NCBI GenBank assembly: GCA_903855135.1
Contig: CAINYB010000007.1
Span: 8,402-72,401 of the forward strand
Length of the DNA: 64,000 nt
Direction: 5' to 3'
Source of the DNA: an uncultured bacterium
Lineage (GTDB): Bacteria > Patescibacteriota > Patescibacteriia > UBA1558 > GWA2-36-10
A program made the translations under genes and the position numbers. Shown in pieces: positions 30,315 through 40,737 of the stretch. Numbering within the stretch: the first letter of the stretch is position 1; each line of letters opens with the position of its first letter. The notes beneath the pieces were generated by a model. It made no database searches, was not told the origin of the DNA, and saw nothing but the letters and a program-made list of their open reading frames with translations.

Positions 30315-30620
30315 ATGTTAGAAACATCAAAAGACGTCTTAAACATTTTGCTAGGGGTATCCTTTTTTTTAATCGCTGTTTGGCTATCCTGGGTTTTGTA
30401 CCAAGTTGGCAAAACTTTGCAAAATATCAATAAAGCTATGTCTATGGTACATCAAGCAGCTGAATCTATGCACCAATTAATAGACAGATTAAAAGAAAAA
30501 GCTTCCAACATTGGCACTTACTTAGCTTTAATGGCCAAAGGTGGCGAACAAATTTTTGACTTTATCAAAGAGCGTCAAGCTAAAAAAAGCTCCAGTCGTA
30601 GTAGCAAAAAAGATTTATAA
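30315..30620 (+). CDS. Small membrane coiled-coil protein (DUF948-like)
   Basis: N-terminal TM followed by an amphipathic helix. Confidence 0.65.
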   Translation: MLETSKDVLNILLGVSFFLIAVWLSWVLYQVGKTLQNINKAMSMVHQAAESMHQLIDRLKEKASNIGTYLALMAKGGEQIFDFIKERQAKKSSSRSSKKDL

Positions 30621-30690
30621 AAATAAAAATAAAAAAGCCCACAAATAAACAGGAAAATTCTTTTGCCGGGCTTTTTGTTTTCTTCAGCTT

Positions 30691-33600
30691 ATGTTTATTC
30701 ACCTTCACACTCACTCTCATTATAGTTTATTAGATGGACTGGCGACTATTGATCATCTAGTAAATGGTGCTGTAGCCAATGGTGCTACAGCTTTAGCTTT
30801 GACTGATCATGGTGTGATGTCTGGTGCGATTGAGTTTTACCAAAAATGCCACAAAGCTGGCATCAAGCCAATCATTGGCGTCGAAGCCTATATCGCTACT
30901 GCTAAGCTCACTGAAAAAAACAACAAAGAAAAGCCTTATCATCTGATACTACTAGCCGAAACTGAAGCTGGCTATAAAAATTTACTTAAACTAACATCTA
31001 TTGCTAACTTGCAAGGCTTTTATTATAAGCCACGCATTGATTGGGAAACCTTGAAACAACACAGCGAAGGCTTGATAGCGCTCACCGCTTGTTTAAACGG
31101 CCCTTTGGCCCGTCACCTCAAAGCTAAACAAAATAAACAAGCCGAAACAAATCTCCAGATTTTATTAGATATCTTTGGACCAAATAATTTATTTTTAGAA
31201 TTACAAGCTAGAAATTATCCTGAACAAGCGATTGTCAATCTTGGCTTAAAAAAATTAGCACAAGAGTATAATTTGCCTCTAGTGATTACTAATGACATTC
31301 ACTATGTCAAAGCTGAAGATGATCAAGCGCAAGACATTTTGCTTTGTATCCAAACTAAGCACAAACAAGCCGATCGTGATCGCATGACTTATCTAGGAGA
31401 AAATTTTTCCATGCTGACCGAAGCTGAAGTTTTGCGTTTATTTCCTGACGGTCAAGAAGCCATTGATAATACTGCTAAAATTGCTGAGCGTTGTACTGTA
31501 AAAATAGAATTAGGCGTCATCCAATTACCTTATTATGAATTACCTGAAGGCGTCACCACTGATGATGAATTAAAAAGACTATGTTTACTGGGTGTCAAAA
31601 CTCGTTTTGGCTATGACCCAGATGTTATCCCCGAAGAAATTAAAACTCGCTTGGATTATGAATTAGACATTATTATCAAAACTGGTTATGCTGCTTATTT
31701 TTTGATTGTGCAGGATTTTGTCAATTGGTCAAAAAATAACAAAATCGTGGTTGGCCCTGGCCGTGGCTCAGCAGCAGGCTCTTTAGTTGCTTATCTGACA
31801 GGCATTACTAATATCGATCCACTCAAATACGATTTATTGTTTGAACGTTTCTTAAATCCCGAACGTGTCTCCATGCCTGATATCGATCTTGACTTTGCTG
31901 ATACTCGACGCGAAGAAGTCATTCGTTATGTCGAAAATAAATACGGTAAAGATCATGTGGCCCAGATCATAACCTTTGGTACTATGGCTGCTCGTGCCGC
32001 TGTCCGCGATGTGGGCCGAGTTTTGGGCTATAGCTATGGCTATTGTGATCAAGTAGCCAAAATGATTCCGATGTTCACTTCTTTAAAAGAAGCACTAGAA
32101 ACTGTCGACGAATTAAAAAAACTTTATCAAGAAGATCCAGAAGCACAAAGGCTTATGGATATGGCCGCCAAAGTCGAAGGCTTGGCTCGTCACAGCTCGG
32201 TGCATGCTTGTGGTGTCTTAATCACCAAAAATGCTTTACCAGAATATACACCTTTACAATACGCCGCTGGCGATGATCAAACTATCATCTCCCAATATTC
32301 TTTACATCCCGTAGAAGATCTTGGCCTATTAAAAATGGACTTTTTGGGCTTAAAAAACTTGACGGTCATTGAGCAAAGTCTAAAAATTATTTTAAAAACT
32401 AAAAATATTAAACTTGATCTAGATACTATTCCTCTGGATGACCCAAAAACTTTTAAGCTCTTACAAGCTGGTGACACCACTGGTGTTTTTCAGCTTGAAT
32501 CTGGTGGCATGAAACGCTACTTAAAAAATCTTAAGCCAACTGTTTTGGAAGATATCATCGCTATGGTTGCTTTGTATCGCCCTGGTCCGATGGAATTCAT
32601 ACCTGATTTTATCGCTGGTAAAAATGGTGAAAAAACCGTGGAGTATCTACATCCCAGCCTAGAACCAATTTTAAGAAACACTTACGGTATCGCCATTTAT
32701 CAGGAGCAAATCATGAATATCGCGAGAGACCTTGCTGGTTTTACTTATGGCCAAGCTGATGTTTTGCGTAAAGCGGTCGGTAAAAAAATCAAAGAACTTT
32801 TGGATCAGCAAGAAGAAGCTATGGTCAAAGGTATGATTAAAAATGGTATTGAAAAAAATACTGCCCAAAAAATCTGGGAATTTATCATTCCTTTTGCGCG
32901 TTATGGTTTTAACCGCGCACACGCGGCCTGCTACGCCCTGATCGCTTACCAAACGGCTTATTTAAAAGCTAATTATCCAGCGGCTTTTATGGCCGCCTTA
33001 CTCACCTCTGATCAAAATAATATTGATCGCGTAACTATTGAAATCAACGAATGTCGAAAAATGGGATTAGTGGTGGCTCAACCAGACATCAATGAAAGCT
33101 TTCCAACTTTTGGTGTGATCAATGACGGTCAAGATAATAAAATTCGTTTTGGTCTCAATGCGATCAAAAATGTCGGCCACCATATCGCCGAAAATATTTG
33201 GGAAGAAAGAAAAGCTCATGGTAATTTTAAATCTTTAGAAGACTTTTTAAATCGCATCAAAGACAAAGATTTAAATCGCAAATCTTTAGAGAGCATGATA
33301 AAAGCTGGTGCTTTAGATTGCTTTTTGACGCGCGGCAAAGCTTTGGGCAATCTAGAAACTTTATTAGAGTACAATAAAAAATTACAAAACGAAGCAAAAT
33401 CTGGACAAAATAATTTATTTTTTGGTTTGCCATTGAGCTCACCTGTTTTTTCTTTAAAACTAGAAGAATATTCTGATGTAGCGATTGAAAAAAAATTATC
33501 TTGGGAAAAAGAATTATTAGGTCTGTATTTAAGTAATCATCCTTTCAAAGAATACTTAGCTTTACTCAAAGATCAAGTGACACCTTTGAAAAAAATCAAA

Positions 33601-34119
33601 AGTCATACTGGTGAAACTATCCAAGTAGCTGGCATCATCACTAATATCCAAAAAATTACCACCCAAGGTGGCAAGGCGATGCTTTTTGTCACCTTAGAAG
33701 ACTCTAGTGATAGCACAGAGCTACTAGTTTTCCCAAAAACATTGAGTGTAAATCCAGCCTTGTGGCAAGATGAACACATGTTAATCGTCAGTGGTAAAGT
33801 ATCAGACAAAGATGGCCAAGCAAAAATTTTAGTAGAAAGTGGCAGAATATTAGAAAAAGAAAAATTAGAAAATTTAAAAGCTAAAAATTTTGCCCAAAAT
33901 AAAGTTTGGCTCGATTTGCCGATTGGCTTTGATAAGGACAAAATGCAAAACCTAAAAGATATTTTACAAAAATATCCTGGCCAAACTCCAGTGTATTTGA
34001 TCATCAACAATGGCCATAGTCGCAAGCTAAAAACCGATATCAAAATCTTACCTGCCACTGACGTACGCACCGAAATCGAAAACTTTTTAGGCCCAAATAC
34101 TTGGACATTAGAAATTTAA
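30691..34119 (+). CDS. dnaE: DNA polymerase III alpha subunit
   Basis: HLHTHSHYSLLDG PHP, GRGSAAGS, PDIDLDF, KMDFLGL. Confidence 0.98.
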   Translation: MFIHLHTHSHYSLLDGLATIDHLVNGAVANGATALALTDHGVMSGAIEFYQKCHKAGIKPIIGVEAYIATAKLTEKNNKEKPYHLILLAETEAGYKNLLKLTSIANLQGFYYKPRIDWETLKQHSEGLIALTACLNGPLARHLKAKQNKQAETNLQILLDIFGPNNLFLELQARNYPEQAIVNLGLKKLAQEYNLPLVITNDIHYVKAEDDQAQDILLCIQTKHKQADRDRMTYLGENFSMLTEAEVLRLFPDGQEAIDNTAKIAERCTVKIELGVIQLPYYELPEGVTTDDELKRLCLLGVKTRFGYDPDVIPEEIKTRLDYELDIIIKTGYAAYFLIVQDFVNWSKNNKIVVGPGRGSAAGSLVAYLTGITNIDPLKYDLLFERFLNPERVSMPDIDLDFADTRREEVIRYVENKYGKDHVAQIITFGTMAARAAVRDVGRVLGYSYGYCDQVAKMIPMFTSLKEALETVDELKKLYQEDPEAQRLMDMAAKVEGLARHSSVHACGVLITKNALPEYTPLQYAAGDDQTIISQYSLHPVEDLGLLKMDFLGLKNLTVIEQSLKIILKTKNIKLDLDTIPLDDPKTFKLLQAGDTTGVFQLESGGMKRYLKNLKPTVLEDIIAMVALYRPGPMEFIPDFIAGKNGEKTVEYLHPSLEPILRNTYGIAIYQEQIMNIARDLAGFTYGQADVLRKAVGKKIKELLDQQEEAMVKGMIKNGIEKNTAQKIWEFIIPFARYGFNRAHAACYALIAYQTAYLKANYPAAFMAALLTSDQNNIDRVTIEINECRKMGLVVAQPDINESFPTFGVINDGQDNKIRFGLNAIKNVGHHIAENIWEERKAHGNFKSLEDFLNRIKDKDLNRKSLESMIKAGALDCFLTRGKALGNLETLLEYNKKLQNEAKSGQNNLFFGLPLSSPVFSLKLEEYSDVAIEKKLSWEKELLGLYLSNHPFKEYLALLKDQVTPLKKIKSHTGETIQVAGIITNIQKITTQGGKAMLFVTLEDSSDSTELLVFPKTLSVNPALWQDEHMLIVSGKVSDKDGQAKILVESGRILEKEKLENLKAKNFAQNKVWLDLPIGFDKDKMQNLKDILQKYPGQTPVYLIINNGHSRKLKTDIKILPATDVRTEIENFLGPNTWTLEI

Positions 34120-34149
34120 TCCGCTATAATAAAGCTATAAAAATATAAT

Positions 34150-35265
34150 ATGAGTAATTATCAAACTAGAAATCGATTTTTTAGTAAAATGGTTGGTTTT
34201 TTTCTTACTTTGACTATTTTGGCTATTTTTGTGATTTTTCATTTTGCGGCTACTAAAGCCACGATCAAAATCTACGGTCAAATCCAAGAACAAGACTACA
34301 AAACTTTGATCGAAATGCTACCAGAAAATAGCCAGGCTCTCGCTGCTAACCAAATCTTTGGTAAAATTTTGACTCAAGAGATAGAAAGTGAGATTAGTGT
34401 GGACAGCGACATGACTACTTCCACCACTGCTAAAGCTGGCGGTTTTGTAAAATTAATCAATCAAAGTACTAAAGACCAGACTTTAATCGCTACTACTCGC
34501 CTCTTAAGCTCAGACAATAAACTTTATCGTCTGACCGAAAAAGTAATCGTCCCTAAAAATAGCGAAATCAAAGCCTGGGCCGAAGCCGATCAAGAAGGAG
34601 AAAGTTTTGTGGCACCAGCAGGTAAAATGATGATTCCCGGACTATTTCTTGGCTTACAAGAAAAAATCTATGGTCAAAGCGAGGGCTTTAGCTTAAACGG
34701 CACACCCGTCTACCAAGTGACGGAAAATAGTTTAAAAAATGCTCAAGACAAATTACAGACTGACATAAAAAATAAATTTTTAGAAGATATAAATAAAACT
34801 TTAGCTGATAATTTAAAAATCAGTGCTGATCATATTTTGGCTAAGTTTGAAACTGTGACTAGCTCGGCTCTAGGTGATAAAAGTCCCCAAACAACTATCA
34901 AACAAAAAGCTAATTTGACAGCTCTGATCTTTTCCCCTGAAGACTTAAAAAAAGCTAGTCATGCTAAATACCAAGCCGAACTATCTAGCAATAGTAAATT
35001 ATTAGAAATCTTGCGAGACTTTAGCTATAAAGTGACCGAAGTTGACCTAAATACTAATCAAGCCATTATCGAGACCGCTTTCAAAGCTAAGGTCAGTGTC
35101 AAACAAGATATTTTAGAAATCAATAAAGATAAATTAATTGGCTTAACCGAAAAAGAAGTCAACGATTATTTAAGCCAATTTCAAGTAGAAAAAACTGAAG
35201 TAAAATTCTTTCCTTTCTGGGTCAATAAAGTACCAAAATTTAAAGATCATATAATCATTGAATAA
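34150..35265 (+). CDS. Membrane-anchored hypothetical protein (baseplate J-like region seen in CPR proteins)
   Basis: N-terminal TM; QTLIATTRLLS...ADQEG; PFWVNKVP C-terminus. Confidence 0.55.
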   Translation: MSNYQTRNRFFSKMVGFFLTLTILAIFVIFHFAATKATIKIYGQIQEQDYKTLIEMLPENSQALAANQIFGKILTQEIESEISVDSDMTTSTTAKAGGFVKLINQSTKDQTLIATTRLLSSDNKLYRLTEKVIVPKNSEIKAWAEADQEGESFVAPAGKMMIPGLFLGLQEKIYGQSEGFSLNGTPVYQVTENSLKNAQDKLQTDIKNKFLEDINKTLADNLKISADHILAKFETVTSSALGDKSPQTTIKQKANLTALIFSPEDLKKASHAKYQAELSSNSKLLEILRDFSYKVTEVDLNTNQAIIETAFKAKVSVKQDILEINKDKLIGLTEKEVNDYLSQFQVEKTEVKFFPFWVNKVPKFKDHIIIE

Positions 35266-35305
35266 CACCCCTCCCGTCCTCCCCTTACGAAGGGGGAGAT
35301 TTTCA

Positions 35306-35393
35306 ACCTGCGAGGTCAGCTTAACTCTTTGCCTAACATTAGCTAAAAACTAAATAAGCTACCTACATTAACCTCGCAGGTGACCTGCGAGGT
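35306..35393. repeat. ACCTGCGAGGT/ACCTCGCAGGT mini-palindrome cluster (3 copies)
   Basis: Copies at 35306, 35371 (inverted) and 35383. Confidence 0.75.
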
Positions 35394-35459
35394 GATTTGA
35401 CAAAAAGCTTAATATATGATATTTTGATATAAATTCGCACAAGCCAAGGAGGACACATC

Positions 35460-35594
35460 ATGGCACGCAAAGTCGAGATCACACCCGAACTCCGCCGCCT
35501 GATTGAACTGGCTGCTAAAGAAGCTGCTAGCAACAAGGTTGTGCAGGAACTACGCAAACGCAACTCCACACCAAAATCGACCTCAACAAATTAG
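35460..35594 (+). CDS. Unannotated 44-aa small protein (MARKVEITPELRRLIELAAKEAASNKVVQELRKRNSTPKSTSTN)
   Basis: TTGACA upstream, AAGGAGG RBS, terminator GCTCCCC...GGGGAGC-TTTT downstream. Confidence 0.7.
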   Translation: MARKVEITPELRRLIELAAKEAASNKVVQELRKRNSTPKSTSTN

Positions 35595-35723
35595 TTCTGA
35601 CGTGATTTGAAACTAACTCCACACTTCCAACCGCTCCCCACCTCAAAACCGGGGAGCTTTTCTTTTACCTTGAGCGAAGTCGAAAGGTTTTGACTATTTT
35701 TTCGCTTTTAGCTATACTACATG

Positions 35724-35902
35724 AGCTGTATAAATGATTGGAATAGCTACCAACTATTCTACCATCGGTATCCCGAGCCCCGAGCGTAGTCGAGGGGTCG
35801 AGGGACTAAATTCAACAGCCAATAAAATAAATTAAGTATAATATTGGGTGGAACCATCCTACGAAACCTAGGGTCCCAAGGCATAGTCTGTCTTGGGTTT
35901 TT
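35724..35902 (+). promoter_or_regulatory. T-box riboswitch leader of thrS (compact)
   Basis: TTGGGTGGAACC...GTCCCAA antiterminator, overlapping CCCAAGGCA/TGTCTTGGG-TTTTT terminator, TTGACT-17-TATACT promoter upstream. Confidence 0.7.
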
Positions 35903-36013
35903 GAATGCCAAAAATTTAAAGACAAAGCGTAGCTTTGTCTAAATTAAAATAAATTCATCCCGCGATTAGCGGGGTTTAACTAAAATTTGTAACAAACAAT
36001 TAAATTAAAAAAT

Positions 36014-37765
36014 ATGGAAGAACCAAAAATATTTAAAATCCGCCACTCACTCGCGCATATTTTAGCGATGGCAGTATTAGAAAAATTCCCTGACGCAAAA
36101 CTTGGCGTTGGTCCTGTCATTGATAATGGTTTTTATTATGACTTTTTATTGACCAAAAAATTATCCGATGAAGATTTACCAGATTTAGAAGCGCGCATGA
36201 AAAAAATCGTGCAAGAAAAAATCGCTTTCACCAAAACAATTGTGGAAAGAGCTGACGCTTTAAATGAAGTAGAAAAAAATAAGCAAATTTTTAAAACTGA
36301 ATTAATCAATGATTTACCGGGGACAGAAGAATTAAGTTTTTATCAATCTGGAAATTTTAAAGATCTCTGTCGTGGACCACATGTAGAAAATACTACTGAG
36401 ATTGACCCAGAAGCTTTTTGTTTGACCAATACAGCTGGTGCTTATTGGCGTGGAGATGAAAAAAGAGAAATGCTAGTACGTATTTATGGCTTGGCTTTTG
36501 AAACTAAAAAAGAACTTGCTGATTACCAAACTATGCTTGAGGAAGCTAAAAAAAGAGATCACAGAGTTTTAGGTAAACAATTAGACTTATTTACTTTTTC
36601 TGAATTAGTTGGCCCAGGGCTTCCACTCTGGACACCAAAAGGCACAATGTTACGTCAAGAGCTTGATGCTTTTATCTGGCAACTACGTTCTCAATATGAT
36701 TATCAAAAAGTGACTATCCCCCACATCACTAAAAAAAGCCTTTATGATGTCAGCGGCCATTCACAAAAATTTGCTGATGGTTTATTTACCATCACCACTC
36801 GCGAAGGTCATGAATTTGCTATGAAACCAATGAATTGTCCACATCATACACAAATTTATAATCATTTACCACGTAGCTATCGTGATTTACCTCAGCGCTA
36901 TGCGGAAACTACGATGGTGTATCGTGACGAACAAAGTGGCGAGTTGTCCGGCTTAACCAGAGTCTTGTCTATCACTCAAGATGATGCTCATGTTTTCTGT
37001 CGAGAAAATCAAGTCAAAGATGAAGTTTTAAAAATTGTGAATATTGTCAAAACCTTTTATAAAGCTTTTGGTTTTGAACTAAAAATTCGCCTCTCTTTAC
37101 ATGACCCAGAGCATCTAGAAAAATATCTAGGCGATGCTACTTTATGGGAAAAGACAGAAAACGATCTAAAAGACTTACTAAAACAAGCTGACTTAAAATT
37201 TACCGAAGGCATTGGTGAAGCGGCTTTATATGGACCAAAGATAGATTTTATGGCTCAAGACTCTTTGGGTCGCAAATGGCAAGTCGCTACTATCCAGCTA
37301 GATCGTAATTTACCAGAACGTTTTGATTTATATTGTATCAATGAAAAAAGTGAACAAGAACGCATCGTCATGATTCACGCTGCGATTGCTGGATCTTTAG
37401 AAAGATTTTCTGCAGTTTTGATCGAACATTTGGCTGGAGATTTCCCACTTTGGTTGTCCCCTGTGCAAATCAAAATCTTAACAGTCAGTGAAAATCATGT
37501 GGAATTTGCCAAAAAATTAGCAGCTGAATTTAAATTACAAAATTTAAGAGTAGAAATCGATGATTCTAACGAAACTTTGGGAAATAAAATTCGCAAAAAT
37601 TCTGCGGAAAAAATTCCTTACACTTTAGTCATTGGTGACAAAGAAATAGCTTCTAGTGATTTATCTATTCGTGTCCGCGGACAAAAAGATTTATTAAATA
37701 TTAGTAAAGAAGCATTTATCAAACTTGCCAAAACAAAAATAGAAAATCGGGAATTAGCTTTATAA
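36014..37765 (+). CDS. thrS: Threonine--tRNA ligase (no N-terminal TGS domain)
   Basis: RHSLAH, DLCRGPH, RDHR, KPMNCPHH, YGPKID. Confidence 0.98.
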   Translation: MEEPKIFKIRHSLAHILAMAVLEKFPDAKLGVGPVIDNGFYYDFLLTKKLSDEDLPDLEARMKKIVQEKIAFTKTIVERADALNEVEKNKQIFKTELINDLPGTEELSFYQSGNFKDLCRGPHVENTTEIDPEAFCLTNTAGAYWRGDEKREMLVRIYGLAFETKKELADYQTMLEEAKKRDHRVLGKQLDLFTFSELVGPGLPLWTPKGTMLRQELDAFIWQLRSQYDYQKVTIPHITKKSLYDVSGHSQKFADGLFTITTREGHEFAMKPMNCPHHTQIYNHLPRSYRDLPQRYAETTMVYRDEQSGELSGLTRVLSITQDDAHVFCRENQVKDEVLKIVNIVKTFYKAFGFELKIRLSLHDPEHLEKYLGDATLWEKTENDLKDLLKQADLKFTEGIGEAALYGPKIDFMAQDSLGRKWQVATIQLDRNLPERFDLYCINEKSEQERIVMIHAAIAGSLERFSAVLIEHLAGDFPLWLSPVQIKILTVSENHVEFAKKLAAEFKLQNLRVEIDDSNETLGNKIRKNSAEKIPYTLVIGDKEIASSDLSIRVRGQKDLLNISKEAFIKLAKTKIENRELAL

Positions 37766-37783
37766 AAATTAATAATAAATCTC

Positions 37784-39205
37784 ATGCAAGAAATTAGAAC
37801 CGCCTTAACTTATGACGATGTACTTTTGGTGCCACAAAAGTCTGAATTAAAATCTCGCAAAGATACTGATGTTTCGACACAACTCACCAAAAATATCAAA
37901 ATAAATATTCCTCTCGTGCCAGCCAACATGGACACAGTCACCGAAAGCAAAATGGCGATTGCTATGGCTTATTTGGGTAGCGTCGGTATTATTCACCGTT
38001 TTTGTGATATTGATTATCAAGTCAAAGAAGTAAAAAAAGTAAAACGTAAACAAAACGTTATCATCGATAATCCTTTTACTATCAATCCTCAAGCAACTTT
38101 GAAAGAAGTGCGAGCAAAAATTTTAGAACACAACTGTCAAAGCTTTCTAGTGTCTGAAAATGGTCAAGATTTACTAGGCATTATCACTAGTCGAGATATG
38201 GATTTTGTGACTGATGAAAACACCAAAGTTCTAGACATGATGACGCCAAAAGAAAAACTAATCACTGCTCCAGTTGGTATTGATATCGAAAAAGCAAAAG
38301 AAATTTTGAGCCAAAATAAAATAGAAAAATTACCAGTTGTTGATAGTGCTTTCCGTATTCGTGGCTTAATTACTGCTACTGACATTATCCGTAATTATAA
38401 CAATGGCCATGCCAGCAAAGACGCTAAAGGCAGACTTTTGGTTGGCGCTGCTGTTGGCGCTGGTGATGACTTTATGGAACGCGTCAAAGCTCTAGTCGAA
38501 GCTGAAGTGGACATTTTAGTAGTAGATATTGCACATGGACACTCGGTTAATGCCATGGAAGCTATCAAAACAATTAAAACTCAATATCCTTCTATCGAAG
38601 TAATTGGTGGTAATGTCGCCACGGCTCAAGGAGCGAAAGATTTGATTTTAGCTGGAGCTGATGCTATCAAAGTAGGTATTGGACCAGGCTCTATCTGTAC
38701 TACTCGTATTACCACTGGCTTTGGCATACCACAATTAAGCGCTATTTTAAACTGCGCACCAGTTTGTCAGCAATATAATATTCCTCTGATCGCTGACGGT
38801 GGTGTCAAACAGCCAGGAGATTTAGTAAAAGCTTTGGCTGCTGGTGCTGACTCTGTTATGATGGGTGGCCAATTTTCAGGCACCGAAGAAACCCCGGGAG
38901 CTGTTTTATCTTATCGTGGACAACAATACAAAATCTCTCGCGGCATGGCTTCATTGACCGCTGCTTTATCTCGCCCAAATGCTAAAGAAAAAATAGAAGA
39001 TGTAACACCGGAAGGTGTCGAAGCACGTGTACCTTTTAAAGGACCCGCTAAAAATGTCGTTAATCTTTATGTCGGCGGCTTACGTTCTGGTTTAAGCTAT
39101 GCCAATGCTCACAACATCAAAGAGCTACAAGCACATGCCCAATTTATCCGCATCACCGCCGCTGGTATGACCGAATCTCACTCTCACGACAATCAAGTGC
39201 TTTAA
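37784..39205 (+). CDS. IMPDH/GMPR-family enzyme with CBS domains (IMP dehydrogenase or GMP reductase)
   Basis: [22 protein letters not shown]; ANMDTV motif and no Arg-Tyr flap dyad. Confidence 0.9.
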   Translation: MQEIRTALTYDDVLLVPQKSELKSRKDTDVSTQLTKNIKINIPLVPANMDTVTESKMAIAMAYLGSVGIIHRFCDIDYQVKEVKKVKRKQNVIIDNPFTINPQATLKEVRAKILEHNCQSFLVSENGQDLLGIITSRDMDFVTDENTKVLDMMTPKEKLITAPVGIDIEKAKEILSQNKIEKLPVVDSAFRIRGLITATDIIRNYNNGHASKDAKGRLLVGAAVGAGDDFMERVKALVEAEVDILVVDIAHGHSVNAMEAIKTIKTQYPSIEVIGGNVATAQGAKDLILAGADAIKVGIGPGSICTTRITTGFGIPQLSAILNCAPVCQQYNIPLIADGGVKQPGDLVKALAAGADSVMMGGQFSGTEETPGAVLSYRGQQYKISRGMASLTAALSRPNAKEKIEDVTPEGVEARVPFKGPAKNVVNLYVGGLRSGLSYANAHNIKELQAHAQFIRITAAGMTESHSHDNQVL

Positions 39206-39311
39206 AACGCTAAATATGCTATAATAAAATATATATGGCTTTCCCCTATCAGGGAAATATCATAGGCGTTATAAATAGCGTAATATTTTATTATTAAAAA
39301 AAAGAAAATTT

Positions 39312-40628
39312 ATGTTTAACAAAAAAATTATTTCTTTTAGTCTTTTTGTGCTAACTTTAGTTTTTGCTTGGCAAGTAAACACTAAGTTAATTTTTGCACA
39401 AAGCGATGATACGACTAGCAACACTACTACTATCACTGAAGTCAGTAGTGATGATCTAGATATTAGTAACGAAGAAATCAAAGCACCAGGTGATGCTGGC
39501 TATTGGTGGAGTAAATTTAAACTTAGCACCAAAATTTTACTTACTACTAATGCTGTCAAAAAAGATGAATTAAAACTAAAGCAAGCTAATTTAGAATTAT
39601 TAGCGGCTAAAAAATTAGCGGAAAATAATCCTGATACAAATTTACAGGAAAAACTAAATGAAGCTTTAAAAAAATATCAAGCTAAAATGAACAAGGTAGA
39701 AGAAAAAATCAATACTTTGCCAGCTGAAAAAAAAGCTGAATTAATAAAAAAGCTTGATGAACAAACCTTAAAACAACAAGAAATTTTACGTAATTTAGGG
39801 TCTAAATTACCAGAAGAAGCTAAGACTAAAATAGAAACTTTACGAAAAGAACGTATCAATGCTTGGTACGAAAAAAATAAAACTAATCTAGAGCAAAGAT
39901 TGACTGCGGCAGCTGATGTTACTGATCAAGCAGATAGATTAGCTGGCTTAAAAGCCATGGCTAATCTAGAAGACCTCAAAGATGCTCTACCAGCTGAAGC
40001 AAGTTCTGAAATCGAAGCTACGCAAAATAAAACTCGCGATAGATTGATTGAAAAATTAAAAAATATTTCTGAACAGGAAAAAGAAAAAGTTAGTAAATAT
40101 TTACAAGAAGTAAAATTAACTGATGTCCAAAAAATCAAATTAACCGAAACTCTATCTTCAGCCCCACAAGGATCTGTTTTAAGCACCGAAGCTATCCAGA
40201 CTAAAGCATCTTTAATGGCTAAACTCAAAGAAAAATTTAATAGTTTAGATGATAGTCAAAAAGAAAAATTTTTACAACAAAATATCAACACTGGCCAAAA
40301 TGCTGAAGCTGTCAAAATCAAAATTATCAATGAACTAAGATCAGAAGCTTCTAGCGAACTAAAAACTAAACTAGAAAAATTAAAAATAGAACAACAAGAA
40401 CAACTAAAAGAAAGAATTAAAAAAATAGATGATAGTGACGATTTGGATGAATTAGAAGATGATAGTAGAAATTTGCCAATCATCAAAAAAGAAATGGAAG
40501 CAAAAAAATTAGAACTTCTTAAAAAAGAAAGAGAAAACAACCGTGAAGCTGAAAAACAAAGATTAGAAATTTTAAAGAAAAAACAAGAGTTAGAACGTGA
40601 ACGCTTAAAACAACGAAACGAAGACTAA
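39312..40628 (+). CDS. Secreted helical/coiled-coil protein (DUF5667-like N-terminus)
   Basis: Signal peptide, PGDAGYWW motif, charged helices. Confidence 0.65.
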   Translation: MFNKKIISFSLFVLTLVFAWQVNTKLIFAQSDDTTSNTTTITEVSSDDLDISNEEIKAPGDAGYWWSKFKLSTKILLTTNAVKKDELKLKQANLELLAAKKLAENNPDTNLQEKLNEALKKYQAKMNKVEEKINTLPAEKKAELIKKLDEQTLKQQEILRNLGSKLPEEAKTKIETLRKERINAWYEKNKTNLEQRLTAAADVTDQADRLAGLKAMANLEDLKDALPAEASSEIEATQNKTRDRLIEKLKNISEQEKEKVSKYLQEVKLTDVQKIKLTETLSSAPQGSVLSTEAIQTKASLMAKLKEKFNSLDDSQKEKFLQQNINTGQNAEAVKIKIINELRSEASSELKTKLEKLKIEQQEQLKERIKKIDDSDDLDELEDDSRNLPIIKKEMEAKKLELLKKERENNREAEKQRLEILKKKQELERERLKQRNED

Positions 40629-40737
40629 AGATAATTAATCCCCCGCTACGCGGGGGATTTTTTGTGATAGTTTAAGCTGCGGAGGATTTTTTATTTATAT
40701 TGATTTTTTTGATAAACGCTGTTAAAATGCCAAAGCT

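Noticed and set aside
31852-34070. Antisense ORFs within dnaE, and similar ones within gap, tsf, the guaB-like gene, mfd and ligA
   Set aside because: These are shadow frames of strongly supported genes with no recognisable motifs.
34150-35265. Prophage, suggested by a baseplate J-like region
   Set aside because: The gene is isolated and membrane-anchored, with no phage structural, integrase or terminase genes nearby.
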